A DNA stretch of 64,000 nt, taken from assembly GCA_030583845.1 (NCBI GenBank), contig CP129478.1, forward strand, positions 513,835 through 577,834. The letters run 5' to 3'. Positions 36,149 to 46,139 of this stretch are shown piece after piece. The notes under the pieces were generated by a model. The model did not search any database and had not been told where the DNA came from. It saw nothing but the letters and a program-made list of their open reading frames with translations. Positions within the stretch are counted from its first letter, which is position 1. Each line of letters opens with the position of its first letter. The position numbers and the translations under genes were made by a program. Origin of the DNA: Candidatus Dojkabacteria bacterium (lineage in GTDB: Bacteria; Patescibacteriota; Dojkabacteria; SC72; JAHDCA01).

Positions 36149-38638
36149 TTATTGGACTGGGTTGGTTGGCTCCTCGGGACTCCCAAAATCTGGAGATTCA
36201 TATCCTGGCTGGGCTGGCTGACTTGGTGGTGGAGTCGGAGCTGTTGATTCAACAGGAACCGTGCCTCCAACAATGCCCTGTGAAGTGATATGTGACCTAC
36301 CTTTTTGCAATGCATCTCTTTCCGCGCTTACCATGTCTGACATAGATGCGTATGTTTCGGCAATGCCATCACCATCCATATCCACCATGCCTTGAGTGTT
36401 TACATCCGATTGTGGTACAGCATGATACTTCAGCCTATCCTCAATCATCTGGTCAACCTGCTCCTTGCGGCTCTGGACTGCACGGCTGATTACATTTGTT
36501 TTGTCCCTGCGGACGCGATCTTTGATTGGATCTTGGACTGCTGGCGGGTCATACATCATCGCAAGCTCCTCGAGCGGGCGTTGTTTCTTAATGCCTTGTG
36601 CTTCTTCGGCACGCATTCTCTCGAGGTCTTTCGGATCGGAGGTAATAAGCTCATGCTCGGCTTGGCTGGATACCACCTGGATAGCCACATGGTTTGCTCC
36701 AGCGAAGAATAAGCCCTGACCCTTGTCGGCAGTTAATAGATACTGTTTCTCACCTTCTGATAAGTTGAAAGTGCCAGTGAGCCGGTCAATCGCAGCTGGG
36801 CTCTGCTTCATCAAGAATTGGATCGAAGAGTTAGTAATAATAGCGCGTCCCATATCATTCTTAAGGAAATCATCAACATCTTGAGTGATTGTCGTGAGTC
36901 CGAGGTAATATTTACGTGCTCGTTTCGCCATGCCGTACAAGAATTTGGCTGAGTCCTCATTTTGCATCATGTACCACGCCTCATCCACGATCAAGATCCG
37001 TCGCTTCATGTCACGTCGAATTCTGGTCCAGATATAGTCCAGCATCAGATACATAACCATCGGACGGAGCTCGTCGGCCATATCACGGATGCTAAATACT
37101 GTGAACGGATTATTAATTTCGACCGTGCTCCGTTCATTGAACACGCCCTTGGCTGAGCCGATGATATATCGTTCGAGGCGGCTTGCCATGCTTCGCGCTT
37201 CAGGCTCTGCCATGCCTTTCAATACCTTGTACAGGTCCTCAAGCAGAGGGTAATCGGCGTTTCGCTGGGTCGCAGGATCGAGTGTGATCCCTTTCTCGCG
37301 ATAGGTCAGGATTAAGGCACGATCCAAGATTGCAATTTCAATAGGGTTCAACTGTCCCATCATTAGCCTGAAGAAGCCCTGTAATGAGAGCATCTTAATC
37401 CTCAACTCATCTTCATCTTGCCCAAGTCCTGACAGCTCAAATGGATTCATCTTGTCGCCTTTATCTTGTGAGAATGAGATATATGCACCGCCAACAGCTT
37501 GGCACAGTCTCTCGTACTCTTTCTCAGGGTCGATAATTATCAATTCTGTCCCAAACATCAGGCTTCTCACCGCTTCCAGCTTCACGAAGTAGCTCTTACC
37601 AGCACCCGACCTGGCAAATACAACTGTATTTGCATTCTCCATATCGAATCGGTCAAAGATAACCAAGCTTCGGTTATGCTGGTTGATCCCATACATGATC
37701 CCATGATCCATGGTGAGCTCCGAGGTGACAAATGGGAATGTAGTAGCCAACGATGTCGTATCCATATTTCGGGTAATAAACATCTTGTCCAAGCCGAGCG
37801 GCTGTGTGCTGATCAGTCCTTGCTCCTGCTGGAGAACCGCTGGCTTTGCAGTCACATTCATCGAGGCTAAAGTCGATGTCACATTCTTGCCGATCTTTTC
37901 GAGCTCATCCTTGTCTTTTGATTGAATGGTGACATACATCCCGAAGTGGAAGAATTTCTCGGTGCCCTCTGCGATCGAGTCTTGAAGCTGCTGAGCGTCG
38001 GTTAGGGCTACTTTGAGCGTGGGATCGACGGCTTTGCGGCCTTCCATCTGCGAGTACAACGTTGCCTCCATCTCACCGATCTTGCGCTTTAACTTTTGCA
38101 AAATCACCTTCGAATCTACTGGGTAATAGAAAGTGCTGATATAGAGCGAATGCTCGAAGTTAATTATAGGCGAGAGCCAGTTCGGCCCGACAAAACGTGG
38201 ATAGCCCTGCGGGCTAACAAAATATGTCTGGAAGTACCAGTCGCCAATCTTCAGGTGGTTAAAATCTACCTCCATGTCGATTGGGGCGATAAGGTCTTCG
38301 ATTGTAAGCCCTTCGATTTTTCGCCCATCTACCGCTTGCTCTTCTGCGGCTATCTGTTCCTCATCATTCTTCGGCGCGTAGTTTTTACCGATAACGGGGA
38401 GATAGGCGAGGAAGTTTTGGAGTGGGCTACGTTTCTTGATTACTGTTGGGTCATATCGCTCTTTATCTTCGAGCTCTTTGGTTTTGAGGCGATCCTCTTT
38501 GACCTGTCGCTGGAAATCATTGATCTTCTTTCCTGGGTCGAGTGTCTCATTTCGCTTATCGATCATCTGCTGAGTCTTAGACTGGTGAGTCTTAGTGAAG
38601 CGGTTTGGATCTTTTTCAAATGGTTGTGTGGTGCTCAT
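36149..38638 (-). CDS. type IV secretion ATPase VirB4 family (Gram-positive TcpF/PrgJ/TrsE type)
   Basis: N-domain LKIGDWYFQTYFVSPQGYPRFVGPNWL...SLYISTFYYPVD; Walker A FARSGAGKSYF; IIIDPEKEY; Walker B ILIVDEAWYMM; 829 aa. Confidence 0.75.
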   Translation of the reverse strand: MSTTQPFEKDPNRFTKTHQSKTQQMIDKRNETLDPGKKINDFQRQVKEDRLKTKELEDKERYDPTVIKKRSPLQNFLAYLPVIGKNYAPKNDEEQIAAEEQAVDGRKIEGLTIEDLIAPIDMEVDFNHLKIGDWYFQTYFVSPQGYPRFVGPNWLSPIINFEHSLYISTFYYPVDSKVILQKLKRKIGEMEATLYSQMEGRKAVDPTLKVALTDAQQLQDSIAEGTEKFFHFGMYVTIQSKDKDELEKIGKNVTSTLASMNVTAKPAVLQQEQGLISTQPLGLDKMFITRNMDTTSLATTFPFVTSELTMDHGIMYGINQHNRSLVIFDRFDMENANTVVFARSGAGKSYFVKLEAVRSLMFGTELIIIDPEKEYERLCQAVGGAYISFSQDKGDKMNPFELSGLGQDEDELRIKMLSLQGFFRLMMGQLNPIEIAILDRALILTYREKGITLDPATQRNADYPLLEDLYKVLKGMAEPEARSMASRLERYIIGSAKGVFNERSTVEINNPFTVFSIRDMADELRPMVMYLMLDYIWTRIRRDMKRRILIVDEAWYMMQNEDSAKFLYGMAKRARKYYLGLTTITQDVDDFLKNDMGRAIITNSSIQFLMKQSPAAIDRLTGTFNLSEGEKQYLLTADKGQGLFFAGANHVAIQVVSSQAEHELITSDPKDLERMRAEEAQGIKKQRPLEELAMMYDPPAVQDPIKDRVRRDKTNVISRAVQSRKEQVDQMIEDRLKYHAVPQSDVNTQGMVDMDGDGIAETYASMSDMVSAERDALQKGRSHITSQGIVGGTVPVESTAPTPPPSQPAQPGYESPDFGSPEEPTNPVQ

Positions 38639-39261
38639 ACTTCTGGTGTGTATACTTCATAAAATAGCTGAATCAGCTCGTTATTTTCAAGCTGGTGCCC
38701 CATTAGTCCCATCCGGCCAAGCTGCTTAAGAATATGGTCGCGCTTCGGGTAGAGGTAGATTCGCCCCTGTTCAGCTACCTGTAATTTATGCTTTTCAGAC
38801 AATATGCTGTTTGCGGCAGCTTTCTGCTTTTTCAGCTTAGCTCCAGCCAGTGGGTTTGCTGGATTGTAGGGGACGACCAGGTAAAATTTCTTATCCAGCA
38901 CATCATTAGTGACGATTAGGTTCTGAACGAAAGAGGTGTAGACAGTGAGTTGGGTCCTTAAGCCTTCAGACATTGGGCGTGAGAGCTGCTGATTGAGGTA
39001 GTCGATATAGTTGGCAATATCGATTCGTTGGGTCTTGATCAAGATCTGAATATGGAAGTTGAGCGAATTTAGGAGACCAGCAAAGGCGTAGATCTTGCTG
39101 TCTTGCTCATACTCTGAAAGTAGGTCGAAGTTAACTGCGTTGGTCTGGATGACAAGTGATACACTGCCGCTTTTGGTGATTACTAAATCGTCAATTACAT
39201 CGAGTATCTCTAGGTGATCTTGTGTCGATGGTTTGATTTTGCTTCTAACTTTCGGGTCCAA
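38635..39261 (-). CDS. hypothetical protein resembling the CagE/TrbE/VirB4 N-terminal region (possible separate N-domain component)
   Basis: LVITKSGSVSLVIQTNAVNFDLLSEYEQDS...LLNSLNFHIQILIKTQR resembles the opening of PF03135-type VirB4 N-termini; ATGA overlap with virB4 start/stop suggests translational coupling. Confidence 0.4.
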   Translation of the reverse strand: MDPKVRSKIKPSTQDHLEILDVIDDLVITKSGSVSLVIQTNAVNFDLLSEYEQDSKIYAFAGLLNSLNFHIQILIKTQRIDIANYIDYLNQQLSRPMSEGLRTQLTVYTSFVQNLIVTNDVLDKKFYLVVPYNPANPLAGAKLKKQKAAANSILSEKHKLQVAEQGRIYLYPKRDHILKQLGRMGLMGHQLENNELIQLFYEVYTPEV

Positions 39262-39279
39262 ATTGGGCAGATCAATAAA

Positions 39280-40287
39280 CTAATTTAAAGGGGTCACTAA
39301 AATTGGTGGATATATACCTTGCTCAATTACATAGTGAAGTCTTGGGAAATTATACTGGCCGTACTCTATGTCTACAAGGTACTCACCTGGCTTAAGCGGC
39401 TTTGCATTTACTAGGTTGCCGGCTCCATCTGTCTGATACACCTGCAATATGTTTTCTGAGGTATCTCTAAGCATTACCATAGCGCGGTGAAGTGGCTGCG
39501 AGCTGTCCTGGAGGTGGAGGTAGATCGTGTTTGGGTGTAGCTCCAAGCCCTCAATACTGTACTGGAATTGGGAGATGTTCTCCTTGGTAATTGTTACACG
39601 AGGTCGAGCCGGGAGCGGTGTTACCTGGTGTACCATCTGTGGCTGCTCAACTGCGGGTTGCTCGGGCTGTGCTGGTGCGGTACTCTCAGGCACTGCTGTG
39701 CCTTCCTGTTGCATCGGTTGTGGCTGTGGCATACTGCTCTGCATGCTGACCTGTGTTGAAGCAATATTTTCAATCTCCGCCAGCCTCTGCTCCTCCTCCA
39801 TGTCGAGAGCCTGGGTCACCTGAGAGCTTTGCATGAATTGATTTGACCCCATCTCACTTGGATCAACTCCACCTATGATCTTACTCTTCTGGTTCTTGGA
39901 AGATGCTGGGAGTTCATTACGCGACATCTCGCCCTGTGTCATTACTAGTCCGCGCTGCTCAGCAATCCCTTCTACCTTCCGGTCAAACTGCTCATTGCGC
40001 CATACTCGCCTGGTTGGTCGAGTAATTGCTGCAATATAGTTGGTAAGGAATGTATCGGCTTTCTGCTCATTTATTGGCACCAATCCGAGGAATAGCCCTA
40101 TTGCTGAAGAGATCAAGAAGATTGGGACAGCAATGAAGTATGTGAGCTCTCCACGAGTGGCAAAGTAGAGAAAAATCCCACCAAAGCCTATCCCTGCGGC
40201 CATATAGATAAATTCACGAACTGTAAATTTCGTAAAAAGCTTAAACTCTACGTCCAATATATTTTGTGGTATCGGATGCTGCTTCAT
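39280..40287 (-). CDS. PrgI/VirB3-like T4SS membrane protein with extended Q/P-rich linker and C-terminal domain
   Basis: KLFTKFTVREFIYMAAGIGFGGIFLYF + second TM helix matches the PrgI-family N-terminus; heads the virB4 operon. Confidence 0.5.
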   Translation of the reverse strand: MKQHPIPQNILDVEFKLFTKFTVREFIYMAAGIGFGGIFLYFATRGELTYFIAVPIFLISSAIGLFLGLVPINEQKADTFLTNYIAAITRPTRRVWRNEQFDRKVEGIAEQRGLVMTQGEMSRNELPASSKNQKSKIIGGVDPSEMGSNQFMQSSQVTQALDMEEEQRLAEIENIASTQVSMQSSMPQPQPMQQEGTAVPESTAPAQPEQPAVEQPQMVHQVTPLPARPRVTITKENISQFQYSIEGLELHPNTIYLHLQDSSQPLHRAMVMLRDTSENILQVYQTDGAGNLVNAKPLKPGEYLVDIEYGQYNFPRLHYVIEQGIYPPILVTPLN

Positions 40288-40384
40288 AATTTGATCGCCG
40301 AGCCACCCTTTTCACTACTGTTTTTATCTTATTCTGGAAACAGCAGTATAATTGATTGCTAAGGCAGTAAAAGTTTAACAGATA

Positions 40385-41254
40385 TTGGGCATGAAATTAA
40401 GCGATAAAAGCAATAAAAGTATGGATGCAGATCGCGTCGAGGCAGTAATCAAAATGATTGCTTTTCGAAAGCAGATGGAGAAGAGGCTCGACAGCTCAAT
40501 TGCAAAACGCTATTGGGGTAACGATATCGTTGAGTTGCTTGAGAATCTTGGTGGTAAGGAGCTAGTCAATAAGTGGATAGCGGATAGCGACGCGATCTTT
40601 GAGTCGCGTCGCGCGGAGCAGCTGAGGTATGCAGAAAGAATTATTAAAGAGAAGTGGTATTTGCGATACGGAGTACTGTTTGTAGGAGTATCGGGATCGC
40701 TTGCAGCAGGCACTTATAAAGAAGAGGATGATATCGATCTGTTTGTGGTTACCAAGGATTACACTGCCTGGATCTATCGTGGGCTCGTGAAGCTATTTGG
40801 AAAAGGGATCGTTCGCTATTTTAATGAAGATGAAAATTCAGGCAAATTATGCATTAACTTCGTATGCGAGGAGAGAGGGACTACTTTTGATGAAGATATA
40901 TTTACATTGCACGAGCTGCTACACCTACAGCCGGTATATAATAAGGAGTACCATCTGAAGCTACTTAGTAGTAATCCTTGGGTGGCTACTAAGTTTCAGG
41001 TGTCGATGCCCGCAAGTCTGGAGAGTGCCCGCACCAGATCATCAAACTTTATTAAAATTGCAAACAGTGCCGCACGAAAACTTCAGATCTTATACATGCG
41101 ACGCACCAGTCATGCTCCAGATACCACACGCATAAATGAGAGTTATCGCAGGGGCAGGATCGAGTTTTATCCCTCCCAATTTCATGAAATGGTAATGAAG
41201 CAGTACGAGCAGGCATATAGCGAAATAAAGGGAGAATTTAAGAAGCATACTTGA
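40385..41254 (+). CDS. Pol-beta-superfamily nucleotidyltransferase-domain protein
   Basis: GVSGSLAAGTYKEEDDIDLFVV fits hG[GS]x9-13Dh[DE]h. Confidence 0.5.
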   Translation: MGMKLSDKSNKSMDADRVEAVIKMIAFRKQMEKRLDSSIAKRYWGNDIVELLENLGGKELVNKWIADSDAIFESRRAEQLRYAERIIKEKWYLRYGVLFVGVSGSLAAGTYKEEDDIDLFVVTKDYTAWIYRGLVKLFGKGIVRYFNEDENSGKLCINFVCEERGTTFDEDIFTLHELLHLQPVYNKEYHLKLLSSNPWVATKFQVSMPASLESARTRSSNFIKIANSAARKLQILYMRRTSHAPDTTRINESYRRGRIEFYPSQFHEMVMKQYEQAYSEIKGEFKKHT

Positions 41255-41279
41255 GCTTTTAAGCTAAAATAATGTATAA

Positions 41280-44200
41280 GTGTCCATGCAGTTCAATCTG
41301 AACGAACGACAACAAGAAGCAGTACAGCATAAAGCAGGACCACTGCTTATAATCGCTGGCGCTGGTACAGGAAAGACCGCAGTCATCACTAGGCGTATTA
41401 CTCATATTATTAATGAGGGCTGGGCTAAGCCATCTGAAATATTGGCCCTAACATTCACCGAGAAAGCTGCAGGAGAGATGCTCGAAAGGGTTGATCAAGA
41501 AATGCCAATCGGCCACGAAGAGATAGCCATCTCGACATTTCACTCTTTCTGCGATCGGATCTTGAGGCAGGAGGGGATATATATCGGTCTCGATACAAAT
41601 TATAAGCTGATGAGCCAGGCTCAATCATATATCCTGTTTAAGAAAAATCTGTTCACCATGTCGCTCGATAAATTCAGGCCGCTGGGCAACCCCACCTCAC
41701 ACATCGACGATATCCTGAAGCACTTCTCGCGATTGCAAGATGAAGATGTCTTCCCAGAGGAGTATATAAAGTTTGCCGAAAAGTTGCCCTCAACAACTGA
41801 AGAGGAGGAAGAGCTAAAGGCGGAGGCAGTTGAGCTAGCCAAAGTGTATAAAGAATACTCAGATATCAAGGTACGTGAGTCGATGCTCGACTTCGGAGAT
41901 CTGATACTGCTCACCCTGAGACTCTTCCGTGAGAAGCCGAATGTCCTAAAGAAATACCACGACCTCTACAAATATATCCTTGTAGACGAGTATCAGGATA
42001 CCAACTATACCCAAAATGTGCTCGTGAACACGATCGCATTTGGCGGCGACCAGAAGAATAAAACCGTAAAACAGAAACAGCCGAATGTCACTGTTGTAGG
42101 AGACGATGACCAGGCTATCTACAAGTTCCGAGGTGCTGCTATCTCAAACATCTTGCAATTCAATAAGACATATAAAGGTGTGAAGAAAGTGGTACTAGTC
42201 GAAAACTACCGATCTCGACAGGAGATACTCAACGCCGCCTACGACCTGATTCAGAAAAATAACCCCGACCGTTTGGAGATATCTGAGTCGATAGATAAAC
42301 GACTTGCGGCTCGAGCCGAATTTGAGGTACCAGAGGTCGATCCTGTGCAGCTAATTGTGGCAGACAGTGGTGCAGTTGAGGCCGACAGCGTAGCGAAAGA
42401 GATCCTGAATCTAACAGGCAACAAGGAGCTGCTTAAAAATGACAACTCGATCGTAAGCAGGAAGTTTGACTCGAAAGGGCAGAGCATGTTTGTGGATGTG
42501 GAGAAAGAGAATGGGGCAGAATTTAGATTCTCAGATATTGCACTGCTTGTTCGGGCAAATAATAACTCGGATGAATTTATCCAGGCATTCAAATATTACG
42601 GAATTCCGTTCAAGTTCTCTGGTCCAAAAGGGCTCTACTCACGGCCAGAGATCTCGAAGCTGATCTCTTTCTTGAGGCTGGTTGTTGATTACAAAGATGA
42701 TAGAAACATGTTCAACATCTTGAAGATGCAATCATTGGATCTGGATTCGCGCGATGTGGTGGAGCTTATGCGCCTTGCCAAAGAGCAGCGCCTATCTATA
42801 TTTGAGGAGATAGAGGCTATAACCGGTACTCGAATCGGCGATGTGGAGAGTGAAGAGATCGAGATCGCGGAAAATCGACGCAATCTGATTGAGAAGACCT
42901 TTAGCACTGATGCTATCGACTCAATGAAGGCTTTGGTCACACTTTTTGACAGCGCTTTTAAAGCAGTCAAAGAGGGACGAAGCATTGGCGAGATATTGTA
43001 CGATTTTGTGAAGAGTAGCGGCTACCTGGACTCAATGACGGAGGTCGAATCGTATGAGAATCAGTTCAAAATTCAGAATATGACAAAATTTTTCGACCTG
43101 ATCAAAAGTTATGAGCGCGACAATAATGACGCTTCTATCTACGACTATGTCGATTATCTGAACTATAGCATTGAGATAGGTGAGAGCCCTCGGGTGGATG
43201 AGGATATGCTTGAGGATTTTGACGCTGTGAAGATTATGACTGTCCACGGATCAAAGGGCTTGGAATTTCCTGTAGTATTTCTGACAAACCTGGTGTCAGA
43301 CCGATTCCCGACGCGGCGACGAAGCGACACAATTCCTATCGCAGAAGAGCTGGTTAAAGAGCAGTTTAGTGACGAGGATGAGCGGATAGCACACCTGAAG
43401 GAAGAGCGCAGGCTCTTCTATGTTGGCGCTACTCGTGCCAAAGAGCGCCTCTACCTGACCGCGGCGAAAGTATACGGCGATGCGAAAACCAAGCGGAAGC
43501 CAAGTCTATTCCTCGACGAGCTACTTGGCAGGAAGGTCTCGCTCGATTTTGCCGAAGATGGAGCAAATGTTCGCAAGGAGCCTGAATTTAAAGTTCAGAT
43601 CTCAACCTACGATGACTCGCTCGATGTGAAGGGACTCAACATCAGTGCGCCCTTAAACCTGAGCTACTCGCAGATAAAGACTTATGATGATTGTGGGAAA
43701 AAATATAAGTATCAGTATATTATCCGGCTTCCATCCAAACCGAGCTCGACGCTTTCATTTGGAAATACAGTGCATGCGGTGCTTAAGTCTTTCTATGAAC
43801 AGCAGAGGGCTGCTCTGTCCGGGCTTGAGGGCTTTGTCCAAACCCCGACAGTGGATGATCTGATCGATAGCTATCATGATAAATGGATATCCACAGGGTA
43901 TGATAGCCGAGAGCATGAGAAAATCCGCAAGGAGTATGGGGAAAGAAAATTGCGCGAGTTTTATGAAAACTTCTACTCGGTCAAGGAAAATCCGATTGAG
44001 CTGGAGAAGTCTTTTCACTACAAGATCGGGGGGGTTGGGATGACAGGAAAGATCGATAGGATTGACCTGGTAGGGAAAGAAGATGGTCGCGAGGTTGTAG
44101 ATCTGTTGGATTACAAAACTGGCAAGAAGAAGGAGCTGAGGGATGTGAAAAACGATTTGCAGCTGGCATTGTACACGATTGTGTGTGAGGAGGTGTTTAA

Positions 44201-44408
44201 TATGAAGGTACGGAAGGCGGGGTTACTCTTTGTCGAGCACTGTGAGAGAGTAGATATTGAGGTCGATGAAAAAATGCGACAGAAGTGCAAAGAGAAGATC
44301 CATGAAGTAGTTGAGCTGATAAGAAAAGAGGATTTTGCCGCGAAACCGAGCAAATTTACCTGTGGATTTTGTGATTTCCGTGATATCTGCTCGGATGCGG
44401 TAATCTAG
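41280..44408 (+). CDS. UvrD/PcrA-family helicase fused to C-terminal Cas4/AddB-like PD-(D/E)xK nuclease with Cys cluster (AddA/AdnB-like)
   Basis: Walker A AGAGTGKT, helicase motifs through VHGSKGLEFP and VGATRAKERL; nuclease module with DDCGKKYKYQY ... DLLDYKTGKK ... CGFCDFRDIC. Confidence 0.8.
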   Translation: MSMQFNLNERQQEAVQHKAGPLLIIAGAGTGKTAVITRRITHIINEGWAKPSEILALTFTEKAAGEMLERVDQEMPIGHEEIAISTFHSFCDRILRQEGIYIGLDTNYKLMSQAQSYILFKKNLFTMSLDKFRPLGNPTSHIDDILKHFSRLQDEDVFPEEYIKFAEKLPSTTEEEEELKAEAVELAKVYKEYSDIKVRESMLDFGDLILLTLRLFREKPNVLKKYHDLYKYILVDEYQDTNYTQNVLVNTIAFGGDQKNKTVKQKQPNVTVVGDDDQAIYKFRGAAISNILQFNKTYKGVKKVVLVENYRSRQEILNAAYDLIQKNNPDRLEISESIDKRLAARAEFEVPEVDPVQLIVADSGAVEADSVAKEILNLTGNKELLKNDNSIVSRKFDSKGQSMFVDVEKENGAEFRFSDIALLVRANNNSDEFIQAFKYYGIPFKFSGPKGLYSRPEISKLISFLRLVVDYKDDRNMFNILKMQSLDLDSRDVVELMRLAKEQRLSIFEEIEAITGTRIGDVESEEIEIAENRRNLIEKTFSTDAIDSMKALVTLFDSAFKAVKEGRSIGEILYDFVKSSGYLDSMTEVESYENQFKIQNMTKFFDLIKSYERDNNDASIYDYVDYLNYSIEIGESPRVDEDMLEDFDAVKIMTVHGSKGLEFPVVFLTNLVSDRFPTRRRSDTIPIAEELVKEQFSDEDERIAHLKEERRLFYVGATRAKERLYLTAAKVYGDAKTKRKPSLFLDELLGRKVSLDFAEDGANVRKEPEFKVQISTYDDSLDVKGLNISAPLNLSYSQIKTYDDCGKKYKYQYIIRLPSKPSSTLSFGNTVHAVLKSFYEQQRAALSGLEGFVQTPTVDDLIDSYHDKWISTGYDSREHEKIRKEYGERKLREFYENFYSVKENPIELEKSFHYKIGGVGMTGKIDRIDLVGKEDGREVVDLLDYKTGKKKELRDVKNDLQLALYTIVCEEVFNMKVRKAGLLFVEHCERVDIEVDEKMRQKCKEKIHEVVELIRKEDFAAKPSKFTCGFCDFRDICSDAVI

Positions 44409-44524
44409 TCGTGGGATTATTCGGAAATTGTCGATCACTTGTTATGACGGCGTTTTGTAGCGCTTTTCTATCCGATAATGTATAATTCCCCCGCATAAGT
44501 AAATGTGCTAGACTGGTTTTAATT

Positions 44525-44911
44525 GTGAATAATATTGGATCAATAACAAAAATTGCAGCTCGAATAGGTGCAATTCTTACTGCGATTTACACAACTGCAT
44601 TTCTCTTCGCAGGCCGTATTTACGCCGACGCGCTCAGTGACAGGATTGATGATGTAACAGATTCAAGGAATGAAGACGATTTAGTAAGCTCCATATTGCG
44701 GCTTGCAGTGCCTCTTGCGATTACTGCACTTGTGGCACTGTTTGTATTTGCCGGATATCAGATGCTCACAAGTCAAGGAAACCCCGATAAGCTCAATGAG
44801 GCTCGTGAGACTATTACCAATGCAGTACTTGGCTTTCTACTTATTGCACTTTCAGTCGCAATTCTAGTGCTGATTCAGAATGTCTTGCAAATTCCGGGTG
44901 TAAACCCTTAA
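44525..44911 (+). CDS. VirB2/TrbC-like T4SS pilin paralog 1
   Basis: Signal-like N-terminus, hydrophobic helix, FAGYQMLTSQGNPDKLNEARETI loop, second hydrophobic helix (compare VirB2 WAGFLMLTGG...). Confidence 0.55.
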   Translation: MNNIGSITKIAARIGAILTAIYTTAFLFAGRIYADALSDRIDDVTDSRNEDDLVSSILRLAVPLAITALVALFVFAGYQMLTSQGNPDKLNEARETITNAVLGFLLIALSVAILVLIQNVLQIPGVNP

Positions 44912-44930
44912 ATTTAGCGCTTTCAAAAAG

Positions 44931-45266
44931 ATGTTGAACGGAAAGATCAAAAAGTTCTCGAAGAAGATAGAGGCGACAGGGTTAGGGGCTTGTTGGTACG
45001 GAATATGTACACCGATTGGTGATAATATCTCTACCTACGCTGGTTTCATTGATACGGTGCAGGCACTCTTGAACGGGCTTATCGGCATCTCAGGTTTGGT
45101 TGCTGTAGCAGTCATGATATTTGGTGGTATTACAATTATTACCTCAGGAGGCGATTCGGACAAATTTGATAAGGGGCAGAAAACTGTGACCTATGCGGTG
45201 ATCGGACTTGTAATCGTGTTCATCTCGGTGCTTATTGTCAACTTCGTGTTTGACGTGGTACTCTAG
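44931..45266 (+). CDS. VirB2/TrbC-like T4SS pilin paralog 2
   Basis: Same two-helix architecture with FGGITIITSGGDSDKFDKGQKTV loop. Confidence 0.5.
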   Translation: MLNGKIKKFSKKIEATGLGACWYGICTPIGDNISTYAGFIDTVQALLNGLIGISGLVAVAVMIFGGITIITSGGDSDKFDKGQKTVTYAVIGLVIVFISVLIVNFVFDVVL

Positions 45267-45358
45267 AGAACGAGCGGGTTCATTGACCTTAAGAAGGCAA
45301 TAAGATATAATAGCCCATAACTCGAAAGTATATATTAATTATTTTAGGTATAACAAAA

Positions 45359-45724
45359 GTGAACACACGAAAACTGGCAACTGTTGCAGTAGCATCAGCT
45401 TCAATGATTAGCTCCACAGCTACTAATCTTTATGCACAAGCTCCTTGCTTCGGGTCAGCATGTATTGATGGCTTAAACCCAACAAACCAGAGCGACCTTT
45501 TGGCATTTATCCAGACAGCTCTCAACACCGTTATCGGTCTTGCAGCACTTATCGCAGTTGGATTCTTGGTATATAGCGGTATTCAGTATATCCTTGCAGC
45601 AGGTGATGAGAACAAGGTTGATAAAGCAACCAAGGGTATTATGTATGCAATCGTAGGTTTGGTTATCTGCTTCATCTCAGTATTGATCGTCAACTTCGTA
45701 TTGACAGCATTCCTAGGTCAGTAA
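45359..45724 (+). CDS. VirB2/TrbC-like T4SS pilin paralog 3
   Basis: VYSGIQYILAAGDENKVDKATKGIMYAIVGLVICFISVLIVNFV. Confidence 0.55.
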   Translation: MNTRKLATVAVASASMISSTATNLYAQAPCFGSACIDGLNPTNQSDLLAFIQTALNTVIGLAALIAVGFLVYSGIQYILAAGDENKVDKATKGIMYAIVGLVICFISVLIVNFVLTAFLGQ

Positions 45725-45753
45725 AGCGGATAGAACTGTGATTCTGAATATAG

Positions 45754-45790
45754 ACAGCGCCCTTGGACATAGTTCGGGGCGCTGTTTTAT
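45754..45790 (+). terminator. rho-independent terminator after pilin paralog 3
   Basis: ACAGCGCCC/GGGCGCTGT 9-bp stem followed by TTTTATT. Confidence 0.6.
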
Positions 45791-45860
45791 TGTAGAGGTG
45801 CTTTATGTGTAATTACGTTTGAGAAACTGCCGACTATAAAATATATGGTAAAATCTTGTT

Positions 45861-46139
45861 ATGGATGCAACAGATCTAATTGAACCTATAAACCCAACAG
45901 ATTTCGCGACATTGTCGGAGTTTGTGGTCTCAACAATGAACCTAATCATATCGATCGCAGCATTGGTAGCTGTTATTGCGCTTGTTTGGGCCGGTTTCCA
46001 ATACATCATCTCAAGAGGTGAGGGTGAAAAGGCCGAGAAAGCACAGAAATCAATAATTTATATCCTTATCGGTCTGGTACTTTGCTTTATATCGCCATTG
46101 GTGATTAACTTCATATTGGTACAGGTATTAGGCCAATGA
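45861..46139 (+). CDS. VirB2/TrbC-like T4SS pilin paralog 4
   Basis: VWAGFQYIISRGEGEKAEKAQKSIIYILIGLVLCFISPLVINFILVQVLGQ. Confidence 0.55.
   Translation: MDATDLIEPINPTDFATLSEFVVSTMNLIISIAALVAVIALVWAGFQYIISRGEGEKAEKAQKSIIYILIGLVLCFISPLVINFILVQVLGQ

Noticed and set aside
36392-38662. Plus-strand ORFs (64-188 aa) overlapping the minus-strand virB4-like gene
   Set aside because: Opposite a strongly supported 829-aa ATPase CDS; no motifs; spurious
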